Positions 36,951 to 46,254 of a DNA stretch of 64,000 nt are shown in pieces (within the stretch, counting starts at the first letter, position 1; the number at the start of each line of letters is the position of its first letter). The DNA comes from Pseudomonadota bacterium (lineage in GTDB: Bacteria > Pseudomonadota > Gammaproteobacteria > JAKAQQ01). Where the stretch lies: assembly GCA_021798115.1 (NCBI GenBank), contig JAJZYM010000008.1:3709-67708 (forward strand), in the 5' to 3' direction. Below the pieces are notes generated by a model. The model was not told where the DNA came from. It worked only from the letters and a program-made list of their open reading frames with translations, and searched no databases. Both the position numbers and the translations under genes were made by a program.

Positions 36951-38059
36951 TGCCGGCGCGGATCTGGGCTCTCGCGGTCAAGGAGTTCCTCGCCATCCTG
37001 CGCGACAAGAAGAGCCGTTTCGTCCTGATCGGCCCGCCCCTCATCCAGCTTCTGGTCTTCGGCTACGCCGCCACCTTCGATCTCCACCACATTCCCTACG
37101 CCGTCTACAACCGGGATCCGGGCTTCGCGTCCCGCGAATTGCTGGGTGATTTCCAGGGCTCACGCGCCTTTCGGCGGGTGGCGACCCTGACCCGCGACGG
37201 CCAGATCGCTCCCCTCATCGATCGGGAAAAGGCCTTGCTGGTCCTTCAGATCGGTCCCCGTTTCACCGAAGATCTGCTGCGCCACCGTCCGGCACCGGTG
37301 CAGGTCATCATCGACGGACGCGATTCCAACACCGCCACCATCGCCCTCGACTACGTCAACAGCATCCTGCTCGCCTTCGACGCCCGCTGGGCGCGGGATC
37401 ATCACTGGGGCCGTCCGCCGACGCAACTCGTCACCCGTGCCTGGTTCAATCCCAATCTCCGCTCACGCTGGTTCATCGTCCCCGGCATCGTCGCCCTCCT
37501 GACCCTGGTGGTGACCCTGCTGGTGACGGGGCTTTCGGTGGCGCGGGAGCGGGAACAGGGCACGTTCGACCAGCTCCTGGTGACCCCGATGACGCCCTGG
37601 GAAATCCTCGCCGGCAAGGCCCTTCCGGGGATCCTCGTCGGCGCCGTGGAGGGAACGTTCATCACCCTCATGGCGGTGTTTTGGTTCGGGGTGCCCTTCC
37701 TCGGCAGCGTCCTCGCCCTGGCGGTCGGGATGCTGCTCTTTCTTCTGGCCGCCGTCGGTGTGGGGCTCATGATCTCGTCTCTCTCCACGACCCAGCAGCA
37801 GGGCCTCCTCGGTGTCTTTCTCTTCCTGGTGCCCGCCATCATCCTCTCGGGCTTTGCCACCCCCATCGCCAACATGCCGGCCGCGGTCCGGGTCCTGACC
37901 TACGCCAATCCCCTGCGCTACTTTCTGGTGATCGTGCGCGGGGCTTTCCTCGAAGGGGATGGGTTGCGGGCGCTCGGGAGCCAGTATTGGCCGCTGGCGA
38001 TCATCGCCGGCCTGAGCATGACGGCGGCGGCCTGGCTTTTCCGTCGGCGTCTGCGCTGA
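36950..38059 (+). CDS. ABC-2 family transporter permease (YbhR-like)
   Basis: MPARIWALAVKEFLAILRDKKS is a paralogous ABC-2 N-terminus, and the start overlaps the upstream permease stop. Confidence 0.8.
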   Translation: MPARIWALAVKEFLAILRDKKSRFVLIGPPLIQLLVFGYAATFDLHHIPYAVYNRDPGFASRELLGDFQGSRAFRRVATLTRDGQIAPLIDREKALLVLQIGPRFTEDLLRHRPAPVQVIIDGRDSNTATIALDYVNSILLAFDARWARDHHWGRPPTQLVTRAWFNPNLRSRWFIVPGIVALLTLVVTLLVTGLSVAREREQGTFDQLLVTPMTPWEILAGKALPGILVGAVEGTFITLMAVFWFGVPFLGSVLALAVGMLLFLLAAVGVGLMISSLSTTQQQGLLGVFLFLVPAIILSGFATPIANMPAAVRVLTYANPLRYFLVIVRGAFLEGDGLRALGSQYWPLAIIAGLSMTAAAWLFRRRLR

Positions 38060-38112
38060 GGTCGCGGCCGCACGCAAGGCCCGTCTCCCCCTCGGGACGA
38101 GGCCGGCCTCCC

Positions 38113-38730
38113 TCAAGCCGCCCGTGTGAAATGACAGTAGAGAAAGGCCTGCCGCTTGCCGGCCGGCGTCTCGTGCATCACTTTTTGGCTCCGGATCAGC
38201 ACGAAGTCGCGGCCAAGCTCCGCCTGCAATCCCCCCTCGTCGTAGCGGACGACCGGGAGATGGCTGCATTGCTCGGGCCCGTCCAGAGCGAAGGTCGCGA
38301 GGAGAACATGGCCGTCCGCCGCCAGGGAGCGCCGGAGTTGCTCCACGTAGGCCCTCCGGTCCTGCGTGTCAGTCAAAAAATGAAACACCGCCCGATCGCG
38401 CCACAAGCGATAGCGTTTGTCCGGCAAGGCGCTCTCGAGGACATCGACCACCACCCACCGGACTTGGGTGCTTTTCCCTCCCAGCCGATCCTGGGCCGCG
38501 GCGAGGGAGGCCTCCGAAACATCGAGGACCGTGACATCGGAAAAACCCCGAAGGAGAAGATCGTCCACGAAGGTCGACGCTCCTCCCCCCACGTCGATGA
38601 TCGGATCCGTCGGCCGAAGCGACCAGGCGTCGATCCACTCCCATGACGCTTGGTCGTGCTCGCAGAACCAGCTGACGGACGAGGCGGGCTTGCGGCGGTA
38701 GATCTCTTGCCAGTGATCTTTGCGATTCAT
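38113..38730 (-). CDS. Class I SAM-dependent methyltransferase
   Basis: VIDVGGGASTF is a methyltransferase motif I (GxGxG), followed by DVLDVSEASL and an acidic post-I region. Confidence 0.7.
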   Translation of the reverse strand: MNRKDHWQEIYRRKPASSVSWFCEHDQASWEWIDAWSLRPTDPIIDVGGGASTFVDDLLLRGFSDVTVLDVSEASLAAAQDRLGGKSTQVRWVVVDVLESALPDKRYRLWRDRAVFHFLTDTQDRRAYVEQLRRSLAADGHVLLATFALDGPEQCSHLPVVRYDEGGLQAELGRDFVLIRSQKVMHETPAGKRQAFLYCHFTRAA

Positions 38731-39184
38731 GGGCGGCTCCAGGGAAACGCGGATCCTCGAGGGGGGCGGTCACACGGGCTCGGGCCGGGGCGAGTGGCCC
38801 TCACGGTCTGACCCGGAGCCTTGGACCGTCCGCCCCGCAACCAAGGCCAAACCCGTAACCGGGATTATGCCCTTCTCGTACGGTGGACGGCAAGGTTCGG
38901 GGACTGGGGAGCCGGACCCCGGACATGGCGCACTCATGGATGTCATGGACCTCCGCCCTCGACCGCAAAGGCCGGGACGACTCAAGAATGGAACGCCGCA
39001 CCGAAGGTCGGACGGCCGGAGGGAGGGGGCGGGTCCGCGTGGAAAGTCCGCCGGGCGTTGACGAAAGGCCGGGCAAGAAAAGCGACAGCGATGCTCCGGC
39101 TGGAGAGTCCAGGCGAGGAATTGATCTATGCTTGATCGAGGCCGTGCGGACAACCCGCTTGTGCGCGAGCAAAGGGGCGGAGCG

Positions 39185-40573
39185 ATGGCGAATTCCGAAG
39201 TCGATTTACTCACCCTGGGGGCGGGCGGCGGCGCGTATCCGGCCGCCTTCCGAATGGCCAAAGCCGGGGCGCGTGTCGTCATGGTGGATACGAAAGGCTT
39301 CATGAGCGGCAATTGCCTGTACGAGGGTTGTGTGCCCTCCAAGGCCGTGCGGGAGACGGCCGTCATTCTCGACGCGCAGCAGACATTCGGCTCGCGGGGC
39401 CTTCCGGGCCGGATCGAGATCGACTATGCGGCCGTCGTGGCTCACAAGGACGCCGTCCAGGCCCGACGTTACGCCCAGCACGCGGAAGAGCTGGCCGCTG
39501 TGCCCAATCTGCGGCTCCTTCAGGGCGAAGCCCGCTTCCTCGATCCTCACACGGTCCAGGTCCACGGGGCTCACGGCGACGAAAGACTCCGTTGCCGCCA
39601 TGTCATCATCGCGACCGGTTCGGACGTGTACGTGCCGCCTCTCCCCGGGGCCGAGTTGGCCCTCACCAGCCACGATCTCTACAAACCCGATCCCCCCCTC
39701 AAGCGGCTGCCCCCGCATGTGATCATCGTCGGCGGCGGTTACATCGGGCTCGAAACGGCGAGTTTTTTCGCGACCTTTGGGAGTCGGGTGACGATTCTGG
39801 AAATGGCCGATCAGGTTCTGGCAGGCATGGATCCGGCCATGGTGGGACAATTGGTGCCCCTTTTGCATCCCCGCATTCGCATCATGACGGGCGTCAAGGT
39901 GCTGGCCCTGGAAGCCGAGGCCACGGGGCAACGAACCGTTCAGTACAGTCTGGGGGATCAGACGGCACGTCTGACGGGGGATGCGGTCGTCCTCGCCATC
40001 GGCCGACGTCCCGTGATTCCCGAAGGCGCGGAGCGTTTGGGCCTGGACATCGGGCCCCACGGGATCCGGGTGGGCCCCGATCTCCGTACGGCGCATCCCC
40101 ACATCTATGCGTGCGGCGACGTGAACGGTCGTGTTCCCCTGTTTCACGCCGCCGTGCGCCAGTCCCTCGTCGCCGCCCACAACATCCTGGGCGGCCGTCA
40201 ACCCCTGGATTACGCCGATTTCCTGAACGTGCCCACGACGATCTTTACGTTGCCCGCGGCGGCCTATGTCGGCCTCACGCCCTCCCGGGCCTCGGCCGTG
40301 GGGCGCACGCTCGTGAGCGGCCGCTACGCTTTCAACGAGGATTCCCGGGCGCAGATCCTGGAACGCACGGACGGGGAAATTCGCCTCTTCTTCGAGACCG
40401 AAAGTCTCCGCCTCCTCGGAGGATGGGTCGTGGGCCTCGATGCGGAGCATCTCATCGGGGAGATCGGCATCGCCGTCCACGGGGGACTCACCGCGTACGA
40501 CATGGCCCGCTTTGCCGATCAACACCCCATGAGTGCCGAAGGTCTCGGCAAGGCGGCGCGGTCTCTTTTTTGA
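39185..40573 (+). CDS. Class I pyridine nucleotide-disulfide oxidoreductase (dihydrolipoyl dehydrogenase family)
   Basis: The FAD motif is LTLGAGGGAYPAA. The redox disulfide is GNCLYEGCVPSK. A second Rossmann motif is VGGGYIGLE. The C-terminal dimerisation motif HPMSAEG (HPtxsE) is present. Confidence 0.8.
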   Translation: MANSEVDLLTLGAGGGAYPAAFRMAKAGARVVMVDTKGFMSGNCLYEGCVPSKAVRETAVILDAQQTFGSRGLPGRIEIDYAAVVAHKDAVQARRYAQHAEELAAVPNLRLLQGEARFLDPHTVQVHGAHGDERLRCRHVIIATGSDVYVPPLPGAELALTSHDLYKPDPPLKRLPPHVIIVGGGYIGLETASFFATFGSRVTILEMADQVLAGMDPAMVGQLVPLLHPRIRIMTGVKVLALEAEATGQRTVQYSLGDQTARLTGDAVVLAIGRRPVIPEGAERLGLDIGPHGIRVGPDLRTAHPHIYACGDVNGRVPLFHAAVRQSLVAAHNILGGRQPLDYADFLNVPTTIFTLPAAAYVGLTPSRASAVGRTLVSGRYAFNEDSRAQILERTDGEIRLFFETESLRLLGGWVVGLDAEHLIGEIGIAVHGGLTAYDMARFADQHPMSAEGLGKAARSLF

Positions 40574-40733
40574 ACGACGGCCGCGAGGGGACCGACGCCC
40601 CCGTCCGAGACGCCCGGGAAAAAACGTCCGCCGGCACGACGGAGCCCTCGCGGAATCGGCGTTGATTCCCCGCCCCCTCGAGTCCTCCGGGACCGAGGCG
40701 GCCCGCCCGGGTCACCGACGTTCCCTCCGCCCT

Positions 40734-40769
40734 CACGCGTCCTTCCCACTCCCGTGGGAAGGACGCGTG
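40734..40769. promoter_or_regulatory. Perfect 16-bp inverted repeat with 4-nt loop (cacgcgtccttcccac-tccc-gtgggaaggacgcgtg)
   Basis: Read directly in the 338-bp intergenic region between the dihydrolipoyl-dehydrogenase-like gene and the saccharopine dehydrogenase gene. It could be an operator, a terminator or a REP-like hairpin. Confidence 0.4.
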
Positions 40770-40910
40770 CCGGAAAGCGCGCGAGGGGGCAAAGCGGCGC
40801 ACGGTGTTTGCTGGCACAATTGGAGACTCGGGCGGACGGCCGGTCCCGCGCCCCCACCCGCCCACGCGATTTCTTGATCTTTGTTCTTCTGATTCACGGA
40901 GTACCAACCC

Positions 40911-42062
40911 ATGACGAAACGTGTCGCAGTCCTCGGCTCAGGCAAGATCGGCGAGCTCGTCGCCACCCTCTTCGTCGATGCCGGGGACTACCGTGTCGTC
41001 CTCGCCGACAAGGACGAGGGGCGGCTCCGTGCGCTGGCGCTTCCCTGGTCGAGCGGCCGGCTCGAGGCCCGGGCCCTCGACGCCGGCGACCGCTCCGCCC
41101 TGAGTGGCCTCTTCCGCGACGAACACATCGACGCGGTCGTCTCCTGCCTTCCTTACTACCTCAACGTCGAGGTGGCGACCGCCGCCCGCGAGGCCGCGGT
41201 GCACTATTTCGATCTCACCGAAGACGTCGAGGTGACCCGCGCGGTCCGTCGCCTCGCCGAGGATGCCCAGACGGCCTTCGTCCCCCAGTGCGGCCTCGCT
41301 CCCGGATTCATCAGCATCGTCGCCAACCACCTCATGCGTCGCTTCGAAACCCTCGACGAGGCCAAGCTCCGGGTGGGCGCCCTCCCCCAGTACCCCAGCA
41401 ACGAACTCAAATACGCCCTCACCTGGTCGTCGGACGGAGTGATCAACGAATACGGCAACCTCTGCGAGGGCATCGTCGACGGCCGCCTCCAGTCCCTGCA
41501 GCCTCTCGAGGGACTCGAGAGCATCGAGCTCCGCGGCCGCCGCTACGAGGCCTTCAACACCTCGGGCGGCCTCGGCTCTCTCGCCGACACCTACGGGGGA
41601 CGCATCCGTCATCTCACCTACAAGACGATCCGCTATCCGGGCCACTGCACGCTCGTGCGCTTCCTCATGAACGATCTCCGTCTCAACGACGACCGCCCGA
41701 ACCTCAAGCGTATTCTCGAGAACGCCGTTCCGCGGACCGAGCAGGACGTCGTGCTCGTCTACGTGAGCGCGCGGGGCACACGCCAAAGCGGCTTTTACGA
41801 GGACACCTACGTCCAGGCCGTCTACCCCGACGAGATCGCCGGTCGGCGCTGGTCGGCCATCCAGATCACGACCGCCGCGGGCATCACGGCGGTCGTCGAC
41901 CTCGTCCTCACCCGTCCCGACCGCTACCGGGGATTCCTCCGCCAGGAGGACATCGACCTCGAAACCTTTCTCGGCAACCGTTTCGGCCGGCGCTACCGCC
42001 CCGACCCGCGCGCCTGGACGTTCGAGCCGACAGCGGCCGGAGAGTCCGCCCCGTCGCCCTGA
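40911..42062 (+). CDS. Saccharopine dehydrogenase family NAD(P)-dependent oxidoreductase (lysine catabolism candidate)
   Basis: The N-terminal Rossmann motif is VAVLGSGKIGELVA. The architecture is typical of the saccharopine dehydrogenase/LysDH family. It is paired with the ALDH7-type gene immediately downstream. Confidence 0.75.
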   Translation: MTKRVAVLGSGKIGELVATLFVDAGDYRVVLADKDEGRLRALALPWSSGRLEARALDAGDRSALSGLFRDEHIDAVVSCLPYYLNVEVATAAREAAVHYFDLTEDVEVTRAVRRLAEDAQTAFVPQCGLAPGFISIVANHLMRRFETLDEAKLRVGALPQYPSNELKYALTWSSDGVINEYGNLCEGIVDGRLQSLQPLEGLESIELRGRRYEAFNTSGGLGSLADTYGGRIRHLTYKTIRYPGHCTLVRFLMNDLRLNDDRPNLKRILENAVPRTEQDVVLVYVSARGTRQSGFYEDTYVQAVYPDEIAGRRWSAIQITTAAGITAVVDLVLTRPDRYRGFLRQEDIDLETFLGNRFGRRYRPDPRAWTFEPTAAGESAPSP

Positions 42063-42092
42063 CCGCCCCGCCCCTTCCGGAGGATCTCCGCC

Positions 42093-43631
42093 GTGCATCC
42101 CGACGTCCGCACCGTCCTCGAACGCTTGGGCCTTCGCGAACCCCTCTCCACCACCTACGGTCCCGCCTCCGGCTGGATCCGTTCACCGGGGGCGCCCGAG
42201 CAGGCCGTCCTCAACCCGAGCACGGGCGAGGAGATCGCCCGCCTCACGACCAGCACGGACGCCGACGCCACACGCGTCCTCGAGGAGTCTCGTGCCTCCT
42301 TCGCCGCGTGGCGGGCGATCCCCGCGCCCCGTCGCGGGGAGCTCGTCCGCCGCATCGGCGAGACCCTGCGGGCGCACAAGGCGGATCTCGGCACCCTCGT
42401 GAGCCTCGAGGTGGGGAAGATCACCGCCGAAGCCCAAGGCGAAGTCCAGGAGATGATCGACATGGCCGATTTCGCCGTCGGTCAGTCGCGCATGCTCTAC
42501 GGGCGGACGATGCCGTCCGAGCGGCCGGGCCACCGCATGTTCGAGCAGTGGCACCCCCGCGGGGTGGTGGCCGTCATCACCGCCTTCAATTTCCCCGTGG
42601 CCGTCTGGTCATGGAACGCTTTCCTCGCCACTATCTGCGGTAACAGCGTTGTCTGGAAACCCTCGCCGAAGGGCCTCCTCTGCGCACTCGCGGTCCAGGC
42701 TCTGGTCGCCCGCACCCTCGAAGGCTCGGGACTCCCCCCCGCCTTCGGGCTCCTTGGGGAAAGCGGCCACACGATCGCCGAGCGCCTCGCGGACGACCGC
42801 CACGTCGATCTCGTGTCCTTCACCGGCTCGACGGCGGTCGGCCGCCTCGTGGCCGAGCGGGTGGCCCACCGCCTCGGGCACACGCTCCTCGAGCTCGGGG
42901 GCAACAACGCGATCGTGGTCGCCGCCGACGCCGATCTCGACCTCGTCACCCGCGCCGTCCTTTTCGGGGCGGTCGGAACGGCCGGGCAGCGCTGCACGAC
43001 GACCCGCCGGCTCTTCGTCGAGCGCCCGATCCTCAAACCCGTGCTCGAGCGGCTCGTCCGGGCCTACGCCCAGGTGAAGATCGGCGACCCCCGCGACCCC
43101 GGCGTTCTCATGGGCCCGCTCATCGACGCTCGGGCGGTCGAACGCTACCGGGCGGCCGTCGCCGAGATCCGTCGTCTCGGCGGCGAGATTCTCCACGGGG
43201 GAACGGTCCTCGAGGGACCGGGCCACTTCGTCACACCGACCCTCGTTCTCGCGAAGCCGGGCTGGCCCCTCCTGTGTGAAGAAACCTTTGCGCCGATCCT
43301 CTACGTTCTTCCCTACGACCATTTCGAAGACGCCCTCCGCCTCCACAACGACGTCCCGCAAGGGCTCTCGTCGGCGATCTTCACCCGCGACCTTCGCAAG
43401 GCCGAGCGCTTCCTCTCGGTCTCGGGGAGCGATTGCGGCATCGCCAACGTGAACATCGGCACGTCGGGAGCCGAGATCGGCGGAGCCTTCGGCGGCGAGA
43501 AGGACACGGGGGGAGGCCGCGAAGCCGGCTCCGACGCCTGGAAGAACTACATGCGGCGGCAGACGAACACCGTCAACTGGAGCGACGCTCTCCCGCTCGC
43601 CCAGGGGATCGACTTCGGGACGGAAGCGTGA
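42093..43631 (+). CDS. Aldehyde dehydrogenase, ALDH7/piperideine-6-carboxylate (alpha-aminoadipic semialdehyde) dehydrogenase-like
   Basis: ALDH motifs are present (FNFPVAVWSWN, ELGGNNAIVV, catalytic-Cys region GQRCTTTRR). The N-terminus resembles AmaB/ALDH7 (LGL...NP.TGE.IA). Confidence 0.8.
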   Translation: MHPDVRTVLERLGLREPLSTTYGPASGWIRSPGAPEQAVLNPSTGEEIARLTTSTDADATRVLEESRASFAAWRAIPAPRRGELVRRIGETLRAHKADLGTLVSLEVGKITAEAQGEVQEMIDMADFAVGQSRMLYGRTMPSERPGHRMFEQWHPRGVVAVITAFNFPVAVWSWNAFLATICGNSVVWKPSPKGLLCALAVQALVARTLEGSGLPPAFGLLGESGHTIAERLADDRHVDLVSFTGSTAVGRLVAERVAHRLGHTLLELGGNNAIVVAADADLDLVTRAVLFGAVGTAGQRCTTTRRLFVERPILKPVLERLVRAYAQVKIGDPRDPGVLMGPLIDARAVERYRAAVAEIRRLGGEILHGGTVLEGPGHFVTPTLVLAKPGWPLLCEETFAPILYVLPYDHFEDALRLHNDVPQGLSSAIFTRDLRKAERFLSVSGSDCGIANVNIGTSGAEIGGAFGGEKDTGGGREAGSDAWKNYMRRQTNTVNWSDALPLAQGIDFGTEA

Positions 43632-44479
43632 TGCGGACCAGCCCCGCCTGGGTCCTTCTCTTCATGGCGGTGCTCCAGGGCTTCACCGAGCTCTTCCCGG
43701 TCTCGAGCCTGGGCCACAGCGTCCTCGTCCCCGCCCTCCTCCACCTCCGTCTCGACCGCGCCGCCCCGTGGTTCCTCCCCTTCCTCGTCGTGCTCCACCT
43801 CGGCACGGCGAGCGCCCTCCTTCTCTACTTCTGGAGGGACTGGTGGGGGATCCTCAAAAGCCTCCTGCGCACACGCGGACGGCCGATCGAACCCGAGACC
43901 CGTCTCTTCTGGCTCCTTGTCCTGGGCACCGTGCCGGCGGGACTCCTGGGGCTTCTTCTCGTCCACTTCGTGCGCAGCCTCTTTGCGGGCTTCACCGTGG
44001 CGGCCGTCTTCCTGATCGTGAACGGTCTCGCCCTTTTCGTCGGCGACCGATTGAAGAAACGCGAGGCGCGTCACCGGCTGGACGATATGCCCTGGACGAG
44101 CGCTCTCGTGATCGGCCTCGCGCAGGCGACGGCGCTCATCCCGGGGATCTCACGCTCGGGGGCCACCCTGGTGGCCGGGCTCGGCCGCGGGCTCGACTAC
44201 GAAGCCGCGGCCCGCTTTTCCTTCCTCCTCTCCGCGCCGATCATTGGGGCCGCCGGTCTTCTCGAAACGCCCAAACTCTTCCACGCCGGAGTGGGCATCG
44301 GGCCGCTTCTTCCCGTCGTCTTCGCCGCCGGTCTTCTCGCCGGCGTCTGCGCCTGGTTGAGCAGCTGGTTCCTGATGCGCTACTTCCACCGCCGCGAGGT
44401 CACGGCCCTGAGACCGTTTGCGTTCTACTGCCTCGCGGCCGGTGTGGCGGCGCTCGCTCTCCACGCCCTCTCTCTCTGA
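43631..44479 (+). CDS. uppP: Undecaprenyl-diphosphatase (BacA/UppP)
   Basis: The N-terminus is MRTSPAWVLLFMAVLQGFTELFPVSSLGHSVL, and PGISRSGATL is the UppP signature. Its start overlaps the ALDH stop (TGATG). Confidence 0.85.
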   Translation: MRTSPAWVLLFMAVLQGFTELFPVSSLGHSVLVPALLHLRLDRAAPWFLPFLVVLHLGTASALLLYFWRDWWGILKSLLRTRGRPIEPETRLFWLLVLGTVPAGLLGLLLVHFVRSLFAGFTVAAVFLIVNGLALFVGDRLKKREARHRLDDMPWTSALVIGLAQATALIPGISRSGATLVAGLGRGLDYEAAARFSFLLSAPIIGAAGLLETPKLFHAGVGIGPLLPVVFAAGLLAGVCAWLSSWFLMRYFHRREVTALRPFAFYCLAAGVAALALHALSL

Positions 44480-44571
44480 GAGGGGAGCACGCCACCTCTA
44501 CATCAGGCCGGAAGACTGCCCTTGCGACGGACGCTCGCCTCGAGAGCGGTGGGACGCTCTCGCCCCGATCG

Positions 44572-45504
44572 TCACTTCTCCGCGTAGGCGAAGGAAAAAG
44601 CCCCGCGGCCGACAAAGGCTCCCGCCGAAACGCTCATCACCGACAGAAGCACGGCGATCTTGTGTTGCTGGCCTAGCGCCACAAGGCGCTGGAAGCGGGC
44701 GTCGCTGCGGATGCGCTCGAGCTCACCCCCGTAGCTCAGCGCCAGCACCGGAACGCCGAGACCCCCCTCGCGGATGAGGGTTTCCATGCGGGAAAAACTC
44801 CAGTCGAGGGCCTTGTCGAAGCCGCGGATCTTTTCGATCGCCCGGGACTCGCCGTCCGCCATCTCGAGAACGGGCTTGATGTCGAGAAGATCCCCGGCCT
44901 TGTAGGTGAACCAGTTGACACTCTCCTCCCCGCGGGTCCGGGCGATGTTGTAGACGTAGTAGAGATCGTCCGGGATGAGGTACGCACGGATCTTGTGGCG
45001 GACGGTCTCGAGTGAACGGCGTATGCCGTCAAAGCCCTCCTGAACGACGTCCCGAAGACGCAGGGCCTGGAAGGCGAGGACCGCTTCCCCCGTAAAGAGA
45101 ATCTGCGCATCGAAGATCCTGAGCAGAAACGGCTCGCTGAGACCCGCCTCGGCGCGCAACTTCTTGTAGTCGCGGAGGATCGTGTACGACGCCTCCGTGG
45201 CATGGGCGTAGATCTTGCTTCGGCGGGAATCGGGGCAGAGGACAAAAAGCCGGTCGTAGCGGGTCACCCACTGCTCGAGGAAGAGGTCGGCCATCTGCTG
45301 GGCCTTGAGGGGCTGGGTGACGACGGCGGTTTCGTGCTTCTGCAGATAGAGCCGGTAGAGGCGCAGCGTCTCCGTTTCGTCCCGGCGATCGAGAAAGACG
45401 TTCGTCCGGGCGTGGACCGAGACGGGCAACATTTCGAGGCGTCCGGGACCAAGAAAATTGCCCGGCACGTCGCAGGTGGGGCTGATGATGATTCCGATTT
45501 TCAC
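44572..45504 (-). CDS. DegV family fatty-acid-binding protein
   Basis: The N-terminus MKIGIIISPTCDVP has the DegV pattern, and the protein is about 310 aa. Confidence 0.8.
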   Translation of the reverse strand: MKIGIIISPTCDVPGNFLGPGRLEMLPVSVHARTNVFLDRRDETETLRLYRLYLQKHETAVVTQPLKAQQMADLFLEQWVTRYDRLFVLCPDSRRSKIYAHATEASYTILRDYKKLRAEAGLSEPFLLRIFDAQILFTGEAVLAFQALRLRDVVQEGFDGIRRSLETVRHKIRAYLIPDDLYYVYNIARTRGEESVNWFTYKAGDLLDIKPVLEMADGESRAIEKIRGFDKALDWSFSRMETLIREGGLGVPVLALSYGGELERIRSDARFQRLVALGQQHKIAVLLSVMSVSAGAFVGRGAFSFAYAEK

Positions 45505-45702
45505 GCGGGGGCACCCCTCTCTCTTTTGTTCGTTTGCGAGGCGCTCCCGAGCCCTTCGGGCCCGGAAAGCCTCTCGGTCATTCTAACGTGTCGGGAAGCG
45601 GGGCACGGCGGCAACGTGTCGAGGGTCCCCGTCGACTTCCCGCGCCTCTTCCCCACGCGATCTTTCCCCCTCCCGGGGAGGAGGAAAGAACCGGGACCGG
45701 GG

Positions 45703-46149
45703 TCAGCGATGGTCCTTGCGCACGAGCACGACCACGGGCTTCCAGCGATACGCCCGATCGTGCACGACCTTCGCCCCGAAGTAGTAGGTTCGGCCGGCCT
45801 TGAAATCCATGGTGACGGTCGGCCAGTTCTGGCTTCCGCCCACCCCGCTTGCGGCGAAGCCCGGACCGAAGGCGTTGTTCATGAACGCCATGAAGCCCAC
45901 CGTGTGACGCCCCGGACGAATCCAGTAGGCGAGGCGGTGCAGATGATCGGGGAGGAGCTGGCCGTCGAGCGTCACCATCCGAAGCGCGTAGGTGCGCACC
46001 CGAGCGGGCTGCGCGACCGAAATGACGGCGTGAGGCTGCGATGGACTCACGAGCGCCAGGCTCCCAGCCGCCGCCAGACCGGGAACGAGGACACCCACGA
46101 GAAGAAGAAGACGCGAGCAGGACAACCAGGAACGATGCATTCTCATCAC
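45703..46149 (-). CDS. Small secreted hypothetical protein
   Basis: A signal peptide is present (SWLSCSRLLLLVGVLVPGLAAAGSLA). No recognisable family motif was found. Confidence 0.5.
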   Translation of the reverse strand: MMRMHRSWLSCSRLLLLVGVLVPGLAAAGSLALVSPSQPHAVISVAQPARVRTYALRMVTLDGQLLPDHLHRLAYWIRPGRHTVGFMAFMNNAFGPGFAASGVGGSQNWPTVTMDFKAGRTYYFGAKVVHDRAYRWKPVVVLVRKDHR

Positions 46150-46203
46150 GAGACCCTCCAGTATCGAGGGGCACGGCCCCTCGGATCGGACCGGAGACGG
46201 GAG

Positions 46204-46241
46204 CGGGAAGTTCCCGCCCCGGCCAGGTCGGGAAATTCCCG
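46204..46241. promoter_or_regulatory. Two copies of the palindrome CGGGAA-N-TTCCCG separated by 12 bp, in the promoter region of the small secreted-protein gene
   Basis: cgggaagttcccg lies at 46204-46216 and cgggaaattcccg at 46229-46241. A GC hairpin (cgaggggc-acg-gcccctcg) at 46165-46183 lies between them and the 46149 start codon. Confidence 0.3.
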
Positions 46242-46254
46242 ACTCAAGGTGAAT

